From assembly GCA_030265395.1 (NCBI GenBank), contig JARFYF010000036.1, forward strand, positions 15,659,299 through 15,723,298: DNA of 64,000 bases, in the 5' to 3' direction. The position numbers and the translations under genes were made by a program. This stretch comes from Rhina ancylostomus. Its lineage: Eukaryota. The notes beneath the pieces were generated by a model. The model searched no databases, had not been told where the DNA came from, and saw only the letters and a list, made by a program, of their open reading frames with translations. Positions 25,176-38,775 of the stretch are shown in pieces (the first letter of the stretch is position 1; each line of letters starts with the position of its first letter).

Positions 25176-26689
25176 CCACCTTGATGCAGTTACTCAGAGG
25201 CTTATTTCCTTTTATGTTTTGTGTAGGGAGATAATAATAATATTAAAATCAACTTTAAGCCAACTGACTCATGCACCAAATAGGTTTTTATGTAGTCAAG
25301 AATTCTACAATATTGCTATGTTTAATTTAAGCTTAGATGCAGTAGATTTATTGAGTTAATGAAGTGAAGGAAATGTTCTTTCCATTGTATAGTTTTTCAT
25401 TTAATTTCCATAAGTTCCGATGCTAATTTTAATGGAATGCAAATGATTTGGCAATAGCTTTAACTTTGTCTTGTGTTGTTGATGTGGCAACAGAAAAAAA
25501 ATTTCTTTGAGGAAGTCTTCATCCTTTGTTTTTTCCAATCATCTATGTGAGCCCAAACTAGAAAATGAATTTCCTGGTCTTTTCTTTAACAATGATTTGT
25601 GAGACATTTTGAGGGATAATTGGGAATTCATTGTGAATCATGCCAGTGTTTTCCTTTACTATCTGAGCTCCAATTCATTGTTACTAGTGTTGTAATTGCT
25701 GGTGCTGGGAGGAGGAAGGAATGGTGGGAATCTTTAAATGTTGATGTAACCTGCTTTCCATGCATCCACTGCTGAAGATGATTCTCTGGAAGTGGTACAA
25801 ACATTGGAGTCATATGAGGCTGAAACTCTTACCATCATCTCTGACTATAAATCCTACATCATTTCTGAAATACCATTTTAAAAATAAATTGCCAAATAAC
25901 TGCATTTTTTGTTGTAGAAGAATCTTTAATAGACCATAATCCCTCTAACTTCACCCTACTAAAATAGGATAGTTTGTTAAAGGGAGTATTGAAAATTTTG
26001 GTAGCCTAATCTGATATAGTGTGGAATTTTTCAAAAGGTTATTGAAACACTTTTGCATATTTTGTGAATAATTATTGCCCACAGATTGATACTAAAAGTG
26101 ACATTTTTCTTCTCTCCTTGGACTAATGATCAAAGTGATATTGTATATGGGCACTGTTCAAAGAACTTTATACAGCTCATTATTATTCCACTAAAGCTTT
26201 TGTGGTAAAGCTGATTACGTGGGTCCTGGAGTTTTACAATCTGATAGAACTTGGTGGTAATGGTAGTGTACAGAAGAAGGTAGATCTTGCTGTTTTATTG
26301 TAATAGCATATGCATTTAAATCTGCAGTGTCCCATTTTGTGGGCTTACTTTGGCTAGATTTCAAAATAGAAATTTAAACTGTGTACACATATTTAAATAT
26401 ATATTCAATAAATATAAAAAATACATATTCAGTAACTTCCGTTAAAAAAAGCAAGGTTCTCAGATCCTCCATGACTCATTTACAAGTGCACTGAGTAATG
26501 TGTTATCTAGCATTAAAGACCAGGGTGGTTCTACTTTGAATTTAGATTTTTACTGAGTCTCCTAATGCCAGCCAGTGGTGAGGGAATGGTGGGTTTGGGC
26601 AGAGTGAAGGGGGAAGGAAACAAAATCAGACTGCTCATTGGAACAAACAGAAGGGAAATTGCCCACGATTTCCACTCCTAATTTCTAAC

Positions 26690-27940
26690 CCATGGCTTTT
26701 TGTATTTCATACATGAGGAACCCAAATCCCTCTGTACAGTGACATTTGGACAACATTCAGCTTTTCTTCCTACCAAAGAGGATGACCTTAAATTTCCCTG
26801 CATTATAGTTCATCTGCTAAATTTGCACTCACCTGCTTAATCTAATCAAAATCCTTTTCCCGACACTTTGCATCTTCCTCACAGTTTCCCATCCAATTTT
26901 GCATCATTAGCAAATCTGGCTACAATAAATTTGGTTCCTTCGTCCGACTTATATAGACTGTAAATCATTGAGGCAACAGCACTGATCCCTGAGCCGCACC
27001 ACTAGTTACACTAGGACCTTTTCATCTTGATTTTCTGTTTCCTGTTGGTTAATCAATCATTTATCCATGATGATATATAACCCGCAAAGCGACTTTTGCA
27101 ATAACCTTTCATGTGACATCTTAATGAATACCTTTTGGAAATCCAAATAAACAGCATCTCCAATATCCATCCTCTCTGTTACATTCTCCAAGAACTCTAG
27201 TAAATTCAACAAACACTATTTCTCTTTCATAATACCATCTCCCTTATGATTTTTTTTAAATGTCCTGCTGTTACTTCCTTAGTAATGGATTCTAACACTT
27301 TTCCCAATGCAGATGTTAGGTTAACTATGCTGTGGTTTCCTGCTTTCTGTCTCCCTTCCTTCTTGAATAAGGATGTCACATTTGCAGTTTTTCAATTTAT
27401 TGGCACCTTTTCAGAATCAAGGGAACCTTGGAAAATAAAGACCAATCCATCCATTATATCTACATCCACTTGTTAAGACCCTAGAATGCAGGCCTTCAGG
27501 TTCAAGAAACTAAGCCCATTAGTTTCCTTGTACCTTACTCTGGTAATAATGGCTGTTTAAAGTACCTCCTTCCATTTGTCTCTATATTTTCTATTATTAT
27601 CAGAATGTTTTTAGTGGCAGAAGACGGATAAAAGTTATTTGTTCCAATTGTTTCCCATTTTTATATTTACAAGGCCCTCTTCTTCCTCTTCCTCCTCCTC
27701 CGCCTCCTCCTATACTTGTAGGAACTCTTTTTAAATTATCCTTTGCAAGTTTCTAAAAATGTTACAATTCTAACCTGTGCTAATCCTCAAAACACTGTTG
27801 GCCTTTTCTTTCAATTTGATGCCATCCTTAACTTGCTTAGAGATCCATGAATGGATCATCCTTCTTGTAGAGTCTTTATTTCCCAACAAAATATATCTTT
27901 GAGAATTATGAAATATCTCCTTAACAATCTGCCATCTTTT
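26690..27940 (-). mobile_element. Old CR1 LINE RT fragment
   Basis: Reverse complement has gccagatttgctaatgatgcaaaattgg (FADDTKL-like) and gatttccaaaaggtatt (DFQKAF-like). It parallels the element at 1-890. Confidence 0.8.
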
Positions 27941-29054
27941 AAAAGATTATAATTGTATTAGGGGTACGTGCATCTTCATTCTTACTGGGAGGAAACGATC
28001 TTCATTTGGCCTTGTGATCTTGTTTTAATACAGTGTCTCCCATACAAAGGACATATTGATTTCTATTTTTTAAGTTAATGTCATTTGATTCCCCATTACC
28101 CCTCTAAACTGTTCTTGGTCCGGTGATATAAATTAAGTGATTTGGATAACCTCACAATCAATTTACAGAAATCCTTTTACATGGTTATCATGTCACATTT
28201 TTTTCAGAGCAATTTCCATTTTTTGCACTGGGAGAACAAACAGCAGAGACAATATTTTTAAAATTTTCAATAATATCTTAAATATATTGGCATTAACTTA
28301 TTAGAATTCATCTTGAATTAATTATTTTCAATAAAGATATTGTAAGCAGTGTAGCTGGAAATGTTTACTCTCAAATACATATTTTCTACCTTACAGTTCT
28401 ATTAGCTTTAGAATTACACATCAACAGGGTTTAATGTCAAATTTCTTAGCATTCCAAGTTTCCTTTCATGCTCCACTTCTTGCAAGGCTTCCCAATGCAG
28501 ATCTTTATCTCTAGAGTCATTATTGCATTATTCACCATGGGCTTTTTGTTGGTAGCATAACATTGGAAGCTATATGTCAATTTTCTGCCTTCCCTGAACT
28601 TTTTGGGAGGATTTTTACCTTAAAGATTGATATTTTTGATAAATGTTAACCCTTATGGTTCATGAAAATTAGGAATACTGGACCTTGAAGTTGTGGAGTT
28701 GAAATGATTTGCTCAAATTATCAAGCTCAGGCAAGGAGTCAGGGTGAGCACCCTGTCTCTCTAATGAACAACTGGGCTTTTTGGCAGCAGGAGTGGGCAT
28801 CTGGGAAAAGCATACCTGTTGATCTCCACCCAAAAATAAGATAGAGTTTACTTCCTACAAATAGATACCTGGCCCCTCATAGGGAATTCAATGGATGGCT
28901 TTAGTGGCATTTAGCTTGCCAGTAGCTCAGATAGGGAGGTGTTTATGCATGCAGGTCTTTATCCTTTTGTTAAGATCTGCTCTTCCATTTGAGGCTCACA
29001 GTTTCACCAGTACTCACGTACATCTACGTGAATACTACTCACTTATTCACGGGG

Positions 29055-29145
29055 CTGATGAAGGGTCTTGACCCGAAACGTCGACTGTCCATTTCCCTCC
29101 ACAGATGCTGCCTGACCCACTGCATTCCTCCAGCATTTTGTGTGG
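29055..29145 (+). mobile_element. Penelope-derived repeat beginning at a minimal hammerhead ribozyme core
   Basis: CTGATGA-AGGGTCTTGACCC-GAAAC-GTC-GACTG followed by the family tail cacagatgctgcctgacc...tcctccagcattttgtg. Confidence 0.75.
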
Positions 29146-31189
29146 TACTTCAAGTATGCATGGTATGCTTTTCAACATCCCCAAACGGCATTTGTGTTTG
29201 GAAACAGCAGGAATGTGAAAGACCAGGAATCAGTTCCCCATTCCAATTGTGCACTATGTATGCATGGTATTTTTTGAATGATTTTGTATAGCACAGTAAG
29301 ACCAGGCATTACTGAATTAATTTTGCAGTGCCCTTTTCAATGAGCAGTATTTTCAATCCTTCACACTTATTCCTTCTCAAAAACAGGGAAGTTACATTTC
29401 ACATTTCTTTCATTGTTCTTCATACACAATTCTTCTTCTGCGTTATTAATAACTCCAGCTATTTAAACAGTTGGGAGTTATTTTAGTGAAGAGGTAGAAA
29501 TAGATGTGGAATACAACTGTGCTAATAAAGCACACCCATTTGGGAGGCAGGTTTTAGCAGGAAATTTTGGGCCTAATTGCTGATTACAATCATTTGAATA
29601 TTCCTGGGAATGTTAAAGTAGAAGATTTAGCACTTAACCATACATTAGAATCATTTCTTGTGCAGTTAATTCTGCCAAAATATCTTGCAGCCTCTTTAAT
29701 GAGGGCTGACAGGCAGCTTAAATGGCATACAGCCCCTAATGACCCTCTGAATGGCTGTTCCTATCTCTTGATTCATTTTCTCTGTAATGTTAATGTCTTG
29801 TGCTAAACTTGGATCAAACTGATGTTTCTGCTCAAGATACCATTGTAGCCAACTCATGGATTCTTGTTATCAAAGGAAACTGGAAGAAATTTCTCCCTTA
29901 ATATGGTGTAAACATATCGTAAATAAAAATTGGAATAATTTCATAATGACAAGTGACTAAGGCCTAGAAGTTACATGGCCCATAATCATGATACACAGTG
30001 GGCCAACCAAGATACTTTTGGAGAGTTCTACAAGGCATTAGGTGGCAGAATAGGCCTTGCACACTTTGTGCCCATATCAGCCCACTGTTGCAAAGAAAAG
30101 CAGTTAAGTCATGAGTCTTGGTTCATATCATAGGATCACAGCGGAGGGGTTGGGGGGGGGGATCAAGGCTTCAGGCAGGGGATCAGAATCTCAAGGATCA
30201 GGTCATTGGGTGTGAATAGCTTTGAAACTGGCTACTGGGAGTTGGTAAGGGTTGGCATGGTGATTGTGGCTATTGACGGTGATCAGAGTAATGGAGGTAA
30301 AGCATCAACCTAGCAATCAGGTGGCCCTAGTAATAAGGATTCTTTTGATGTGGCTGATTGTACAGAGTCAGTCAGTGGATATATTGTGAAGAGTGAATAC
30401 CTGTTGAGGGGTTGTATGAATTGTGTTAGAGATTTTGGGGCATTGTAGAACATCTAGCCAGAAATTGGGAAGAAGTAGCGAGCTGNNNNNNNNNNNNNNN
30501 NNNNNNNNNNNNNNNNNNNNNNNNNNNNNNNNNNNNNNNNNNNNNNNNNNNNNNNNNNNNNNNNNNNNNNNNNNNNNNNNNNNNNAGGTGAGTATTAGAA
30601 ATTGGGGGGTGGGGGAGGCAAAGGCATTGTAAAGAGTTGAGAATGCAGTAATGTCCATTGGTCAGGCTACATGTTGGTGGGGATCAAGATAGTTGATAGT
30701 AGGGAGCAAGGTGGCAAGGATCAGCCTCATGGAGGATTAGCTAGCGTTGGCCAACTGATAGGTGATGATGGGTGTATTGTTGCTGAAGAGGGTCAGCATG
30801 AGGTGGGCGGTAGTCTCATTCGGGGGGAGCAAGGCTCATGGGCTGGTGGAGAGGAAGGACAGTGGTGTTGGATAGTCTAGAGGAAAGGCCAGTCGGGGGG
30901 AGATTCCGGTATCATAACTCTCAGGCAGGTCTCCTCAAAGTAACAAATCTAAACCTCACAAACGTAGTGAAGTCCTGCTTCTGCATGAGTAGCCCACACC
31001 ATCCATGTCACACAAATCATATACAGATGTGTTTTCACAATGTTGATGTTACTGTGCATGTTTGACTATATCGAACACATTGTAAGGCCCAATTTTCTGT
31101 TGCAGTCGATTTGTTTCAGAAATTGTGTTATGCAGTGCACATAAATAGTATTCTACATAATGAAAATTCAGGCCCTATTAATTGTGGAA

Positions 31190-31670
31190 ATGGATTTGAG
31201 TATCTCTGGAAACTATTGCACAGGTAATGTTGGTCTACAACTTAAGAAGGCTGGAATACAATGAGGAGAAACTTTACTTTCAAGAGGAAAGATTGATCTG
31301 GCTTTGGAGATTTACCAGAATGGTGGCAGAGGTGAATGGTAAGGTTAACTGATAATTAGTAAGGAAGATCCTGAGATTGTTTGTTTTAGAACAGGAACCC
31401 AAAATGATAGAACTCAATCTAGATCTGACCAAATAGGAATGAACACAGCAAGCACTTTCTCATTCATAGATAGTGGGAATCTGATACTCTCCCCCAAAAG
31501 GCTGTGGAATGCTGGGTCAACTGAAATTTTCAACAAGAGTTAGATTTTTGCTGGATAGACATATCAAGATATATGATGCAAGGACAGACAAATGGATTTG
31601 ATGTGCAGAACAGCCACGATCAAAGAATGGAACAACTGTGAGAGGCTAGATGGCTTCCTTCTGTTCTTCT
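31190..31670 (+). mobile_element. Old CR1 3' end
   Basis: gatagtgggaatctgatactctcccccaaaaggctgtgga...cagccacgat...gaggctagatggcttccttctgttc. Confidence 0.65.
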
Positions 31671-34600
31671 GGACAAGACATTATGTTGTTAAAGTGAACA
31701 TAAGTTAGCTTTATCACTTGGTATTTATTGTTGGCTTTTTGTACTCTCTCAAATTTATTGTGTTGAATCTTATTTATTGTCTTTCCACATCTCAAACTAT
31801 TCACTTAAAGATTTAACTTTGCAAATGCTGAAATGCAGTATTTATGATAATGAATTTAATTCAGCTGTTTATCAAATTGTATCTTTTAACTTAGTTGAGT
31901 CCAGTTTACACATTGTAAATCAGTCAAGGCCACACCTCCAATTAATGCCCTTATAGTGTATTTCACACAGGTTGCAGTATGTACATTACTGGCCTAATTC
32001 ATATTTTCTAAAGAAGGTCCTGTTTTATTGGCCTAGGTGGGCGAGATGGGGAAATGTTCCCATTTAGGTATTCCAGCCTTGTCATATGGATTAATTGTTG
32101 TCGGGATAATTGGTAAAGAAAGTTATTATAGTTTTATAGAAATCAACCACATTTTGATGTGAGGGCCAACCAAATTAAGTTGCACCAGTGAAACTGAGTT
32201 TTTTTTACAGAAACTTCATGGGACTTCTTCAAAAGGCTGGAGCACTTTAATAAGGTATGTAGAGAAGATTTAATTCCTGACAAACAAGTGGGACAAAGTT
32301 TTTATTAAATGTATCATAGAATTATTTTGAGCATTCACTGGAGATGTGATTACATTCAGGGGACATAATGTGTGAGAAAATTGGTATGGATGCAAAACTA
32401 ACTGAAAGAAAGGAAACAGCAGCTTTAACTCAGGGAGTCCCTGTCTGTAGCACCCAGACAGAAGTAAGCCAGGGCTGTGAAAAAACAACAAAACTTAAAT
32501 TTTCAAGTCTGCAAAATACAGTGCACTCTTTTATAACTGGACATATCAAATTTGTTATGATAGCAAAGTAAGCTCTATGGCAACTGTTGTAATGCTCTGG
32601 AGTTGACTGCTCGGGAAGGATGGGGAAAGCCGTTTTGTTTGTTATTTCTGGCAGGGCTTGCTGGCTTAACTTGCTCTTATTCTGTAGGGGGACCTTTGAG
32701 AGCATTCTTTTCCATACCAGGAACTCTGCCAATCTGGCAGGATACAACACCACTCCCACACCTCCCCATAACACCCTCCCCATCCTATTTTCAGCTGTTT
32801 GCCTCCAAAATGTCTGATCTCCTAAACACAGAGCATTTGCAGTGGCAAAAGTTAATGGAAAAAATTAAACACGCATGGCACGTTGCAGAAATTTGTTGTA
32901 TTGCTTAACAAGGCTTCCCCTCTATAAACAGCTCTTGTAAACTGCTGTGCACAGCTATCTGCTGTATTTCTTATTCACTACTGCAGTGCCAAGCTTTAAA
33001 CCTTTTGATCATTTTCTTTAACTAAAGTAAAAATAATGAGGGTTTGGTTTACAGGTAGTCCTCAGATTTTGACACTCAGCAATTTTGTGTTTTACTCCTT
33101 AATGAAAGCCACATTGGGATTTCTGTTTAGGGAGTGCTAATACTCATAATATACTTGCCAGTTAGGAAAGGGTTCTGTTGAGATGACTGGAAAATACTAA
33201 ATAGCAACTGTGGGGATAACATTTCTATCCAGTTCACTGTCTGTCAAAAGCATTGTGCTCTGTGAATGATAAGTTAATGTTTTCACTGAGACTGCCCATA
33301 TTCCATAAGTCTCACATAGTTGCTCCTTACTTTACTATGAGTCACTGACAAGTGAATGGAATTTTTTTGTCCAAAAGGTAACAAACTTATCTGAGTTTTT
33401 GTTTATTCAGTGACTGATGTTCTTTGATTCTGGGTGTGCATTTTCCAAATTCTTGCAAAGATATCAAAATTTGACATTGACGGATGTTTTTATATGGTGA
33501 TGAGAAGTTCAACTGGGGCAGCTGCACATAAAAACTAAAGTACTGATTTTATTCAGAGTCTTGCAAATGGAAGAACTAGATCTTTTCTATATTGCCCCAT
33601 ATGGTACATTTTCTCAATTAAAAAAAGCTTCTATTTTCTTTTTGGGCTGTTGGAATAGCTCATGGGAAGTTGGAAATCTGAATTTTGTTGAATGACACCT
33701 CTTAATTCAACTAACCAGTTTAAAAAAAATTGTTCAACTTATTGCCCAGCTCAAAACAAAAGGATGCAAAGTGAAAAGCCAAAATAAAACACCATATGTT
33801 GAAAATTGCATCCTTTTTTTTAATATACAGTGTCAAAAGTTGCAATTTATTATCACCAAACTCGGCTTTGGGTGAGAACACTGCCCAGAAAAAGCAGTCT
33901 GATTGACCCAACATGGACGATAACACCAATGCATCCTATTTTGTTTGCTAAGTATTCAAGGAGCCCATTGAACTCTCCTGGTACTCTGGGGGTCATTTTA
34001 ATCTGTGGTGATCCTGTTTTAGAACATCACATTGCTAGGAGGCACATTAAGATTACAATCTGAACTGCACCCGCCCCCCCACCCCAACCCCACCAAATTG
34101 CTGCTAAAGTGAATAAATAGGAAATGATGGGCAATGCACATACAAATTCTAAATACGCAGCTCTTTCAGACGTGTCTCATGCCAGGATTACTTCACATAA
34201 AGATTTATCTGAACAGTGTCGCTCAGAGTTTATTTAAATATCTTGAAAGTGTGCACAATGCTGTCTGTGTGCTCAGTATATTTAACTGGTGGATGTGGAG
34301 GTTCTGCACGTGTGTGTAAGCACTCATGTAGAACTGTCTGCTGGATTTGGCAGTCAAAACCACAGACAGGCAGATCTGAGGTCGGTAGGTACACTACGGC
34401 TGCACTTTTACTTCAAAGTAACAATGCAGTTCTGGAGTCTTTCAGTTTATTTGTTAGAATAAATTAGAATAAGGTGCATCAATGATGAGATAGATTTAGT
34501 TTTTAAGACATGTGGCCATGCTTTTGTTGTTGAAACTGTTTGGAATTGCAATAAATCTGAGGGGCAGTCAAGAATATAGATAATTTCCTTTGTGAATTAC

Positions 34601-36279
34601 TTGTAACAAAATGGTAAACTTTCCTTTATGTACACCTCTGAAAATATGGAGAAATATGTCTTCAGGATGACATGTAACCCATTAAAATCCAGTCGCAGGA
34701 AAGGGCTCTTTACCGAGGGTGTGTGACATCAGGCAAGATGTTCAGTAGTAGTTTTGTTTGCATTGTCAGCATTTCACTCCGGTACTGGAAAATTCTCAAA
34801 CCACAGCAACTGACGCACAGTAACAAATGTCGCAGAGTACCTGAAAACATGCAGACACCACCCACATGTCCAGCGCTTTCACAGTCAAGTAGCAACATAG
34901 CAACAATGTGTTCAGAGGCAGGCAATATCAAAGGCAAAATGAATACATCCTGATAACTGCTGGCTGATAAAAACATAGCCAGGGTTGTATGCGGTGAGAA
35001 TGGTGTACTGCTGTAACAACAACTGGGCAACTCATGCATGAAAGCTCTGATGAGCACCAAGACCATGTTTTTATCCTTTTCTCCCCCTTTCCCGGGGTTA
35101 CTACAAGCCAGCTCTCGAGAGGGAGGAATGGAACCATTAGGGGCAGTGGCGCACAATGTAACAGGGAGACTGTAATTGCCAAGAGCTGGTGGGTTGAGGT
35201 TGCAGCTAATTCTGGAGGTAACAGTGAAGAAAAGGGACTGCTAAACCTGGCTGTGCTGTCTACCTTCAGCTGCCACGTTTCCTGTCAAACCCTGCCCACA
35301 GCAGTTAAATCTGAAAGTCTGAGACAAGCAGCCTCATTGGCATATTATTATTACAGGACCGCTTCTTGAAACGTGGTTTCGCAACACCTTCCCCACCCAC
35401 CATTTGAGTTTAGATTTCAGCGCTTTAATTGGTTAACTGCTGAAGATCCAGGAAGGGATGGAAATTAATGTTGCTCCATAATAATTCCCATTTAATGCAG
35501 CATTGACAGAAATTAGACTTTCATGCAAGGGACTTAATCATATAATAATAAAATTGTCTCACTTTATTGTCTCGTTATAAGTAGTGATGAATAGGTAAGT
35601 GGACATTTCTAGGTAAGTGGACACTTTTATGGTTGAAGAAAAAGTATCAATAGGGACCTTGAGATATTGCCACCAGTTGGAGACATGATTATGTTGCAAA
35701 CGCACAGCTGATGATAATAAACACCATCATATTTCAGAATAGAATAGTCTCCCTGGATCTTAAAGCTGAATGAGGCTGATAAAAAGGAGATTTATATCAA
35801 TCTAACTGAGAAGTCTGAAGGGACTTTCCTGCTGATTTTTATAATTTATGGAATTACGAATCAATATTTATGGAGATAAGCCGTTGTTTAAATATGTTGT
35901 GAATGAGAGGTGATGTGATTGGAATAAGTTGTCAACCAGAGTCATTTCCAGTTGTTATGATATGAAAGCAAATTAAATTTTAATAAGCTGTAATTATAAG
36001 CATGATTGTACATTCAGGTCCATTTTCTCCCTTCAATGGCACCTTTAGTTTAGCTATCCCAATGAAATTAAACAGATGGGTAACACAGAAATCAATTCTC
36101 AAACTGACAATTTTAATGTCAAAGAAAATGTCCTGAAAATGCAACCAGTTTTATATCCAAAAGCATTTGCTTCACTTTGTCCCTATCCAACTTATAGATT
36201 TATCTATATCATGGGTTGTTAACAGTTCACAAATATGGAATGTAGACAAACCTTGTTTGCTGTAATAGATTTGAACTTA

Positions 36280-36775
36280 AGAAACAAAGGACCAAAGATG
36301 CTGGAATCTAGATGAAGGACACGATGATGCTGGAGGAACTCAGCAGACCAGGCAGCATCCGTGGAGAAAAGCAGGTGGTCATTGTTTCAGGTCAGGACCC
36401 TTCTTCAGGACTGAAGATAGGAAGNNNNNNNNNNTCTTCTTTTCTTCTTCCTTTTCCTAGCCTATCTCTCTTTTTTTTATTCCCCCTTTCTTTTCCTTTC
36501 TCTCCTTATGTTTAACCCATCCCCCAGTGGATCTGCTCTCCCCTCCTACCCCGCACCTGCCTATCACTGTCACTTACCTGCATCTACCTATCACCACCCT
36601 GTGCCCACCCCGCTTCCCCTCTTTTGTCCACCTATCGCTGCTCTGCTTTTCCTTCCTATGTATTGGGCTTCCCTTTTCCCTGTGTTCAGTCCTGAAGAAG
36701 GGCCCTGACCTGAAACATTGACTGCCTGCTTTTCTCCACAGATGCTGCCTGGCCTGCTGAGTTCCTAGTATCATA
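36280..36775. mobile_element. Penelope-like element remnant: inverted tail plus C/T-rich pseudo-LTR, with hammerhead motifs on both strands
   Basis: 36325-36420 is the reverse complement of ~36680-36770. Motifs lie at 36377-36413 (-) and 36687-36724 (+). Confidence 0.8.
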
Positions 36776-36889
36776 GATTTGAATTTAAGGTCACTTTCGG
36801 TTCTACATTTATATGTTAGGTGTAATGTAGTCAGTATGATAGTGTTAATGAACAAGCATTGGCAATGATTTATGAAAGTTAATAATTTT

Positions 36890-37130
36890 GGAACATAGAA
36901 CAGCACGGAAGAATCCATTTGTCCCGATGTGGCTGACCCAGGTCTGTACTAGATTAGCTCATAACAACTGTTCTCACTGCTCAGTTCTCTCTCCATAGCC
37001 CTATATTCCTCACTGGTTCAAGTATCTAGTTTTCTTTTGAAAGGCAATGGTCTCTGTCTAAGTTACTCCACATGGCTGAGCTTTGTATACTTCAGCAGTG
37101 CACTGAGTAAATAAATTTCTCCTCCCCATT
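36890..37130 (-). mobile_element. Old CR1 3' end (antisense)
   Basis: Starts aacatagaacagcacggaagaatccattt, the reverse complement of a CR1-type tail. Confidence 0.5.
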
Positions 37131-38775
37131 TTCTCTCCGATTACTGTCCATGCACTATGCTGGTGAAAGCTTTTAGAAACCCAAATGACCCTTACATTCT
37201 CATTTATTTGCCAAATGAACAACCATTTTTTGTACAAATTAACTCAATTACTATTCTGTTCTCTGGGCTACATCTTATCTCCCAAATTTGCAGCATGTAA
37301 GAGATTAAAATGTTATATAATCTGGAACATAAACAAANNNNNNNNNNNNNNNNNNNNNNNNNNNNNNNNNNNNNNNNNNNNNNNNNNNNNNNNNNNNNNN
37401 NNNNNNNNNNNNNNNNNNNNNNNNNNNNNNNNNNNNNAAACAAAACCCAGCCATTTTTGGTTCAAAGAACATGCGTTGAGAGACAAGAGGCCAGTCTGAC
37501 CATGGGAGACAAGTAGTCATTTAAATGGTATAAAATGGTGTCAGCCTCATTTTAATAGCCTTTCTACGTTTGACCACAGGCAGCCAGGTTTCCTGGTCTT
37601 TGGGAAACCTGGCAGCTGAAACCAGGTGGGAAGGGGTTATTCCATGAGGTAAGTGCCTTTGCAGCTTTGCTTTGTGACCAAGAGAAGCAGGAATGTTTCC
37701 TCCAGGCCTAACAAGTTTACAGATAACCTTTTGCCCACCACAACATGATCATTGTGCTACCCCCTTCCTCAACCACCACCATCTGCTCTGCCCTGCCCTA
37801 CAGTGGACTTGGCTGCACACATGAATCCTGGTCAATACTATTCTAATCCAATCCCACCTCCCCCTTCAGTGAACTGGGTCCTGTCGTGGAAACCCCACTT
37901 GAAGAAGTTCCGCAAGTAAATTCTGCAGAGCATTTGGGAAACATGTTCTTCCAGGTTTTCCCAAGTTTTCAACAAATTCCTGAACAGAACTTGACTCCAG
38001 TCTAAAATCCAGGTCAATGCCTCTATATAAAAGTCCAAATGTCTTGAGCTTTTTATGGTTTTGTCAACCACGCATACAATTTCATGGAATTATGAGGTAG
38101 AAACTCTTCAGTTAGATGTGCTAAATGTGTGAAACAGGAGCATTCTATTCACTTCTGAAATTCAGTTGCATTGAATTCAATGGAATTGTATCTCAGAGTA
38201 CAGTAGACACACATGCTATTGCACATTTAGCACTTGATTGATGATGTTTATATACTCTAACGTATTTGAACCTGAATTCTTCTGTGTTCATTCGCACCTT
38301 AATATGCTTTGCAATTCAATTTATAACTTATTTTTTGCTAAAATACATTAAAGTAATGTCTGATGATTTTTCTATGTTGGGATCCATGCCATGAAATCTT
38401 AACTTGGTTGGCAAGGGAGCAGAAATTCCTTGGAAAGGCCTGCAGTCGTCTTCTAATTTTTTGTTAGATTGAGTTACAAGTTGCAGTTATTACTATAAAG
38501 GAAGTATTTTTAAATCATTGAATTTTGTGCATTAGCTTTACATATAGAAACTGGAGAATTTAAAATGGATATCAGATTCAACATACAACCAGTAAGTGTT
38601 ATTGACTTTAGTTGGGAAGGGGTTTATGTGTAATACCTAGTAGTATTCATACTGAAAACATTCAACTGGCAAAGGTACTTTTTGCTGTCAATCTTAACAT
38701 GTATCCTGTTAGTTTCATTATACTTAGGAAACTATTAGTGTACCTTAAACAGTGCAAGAAAGCCTTCATTCCCAC

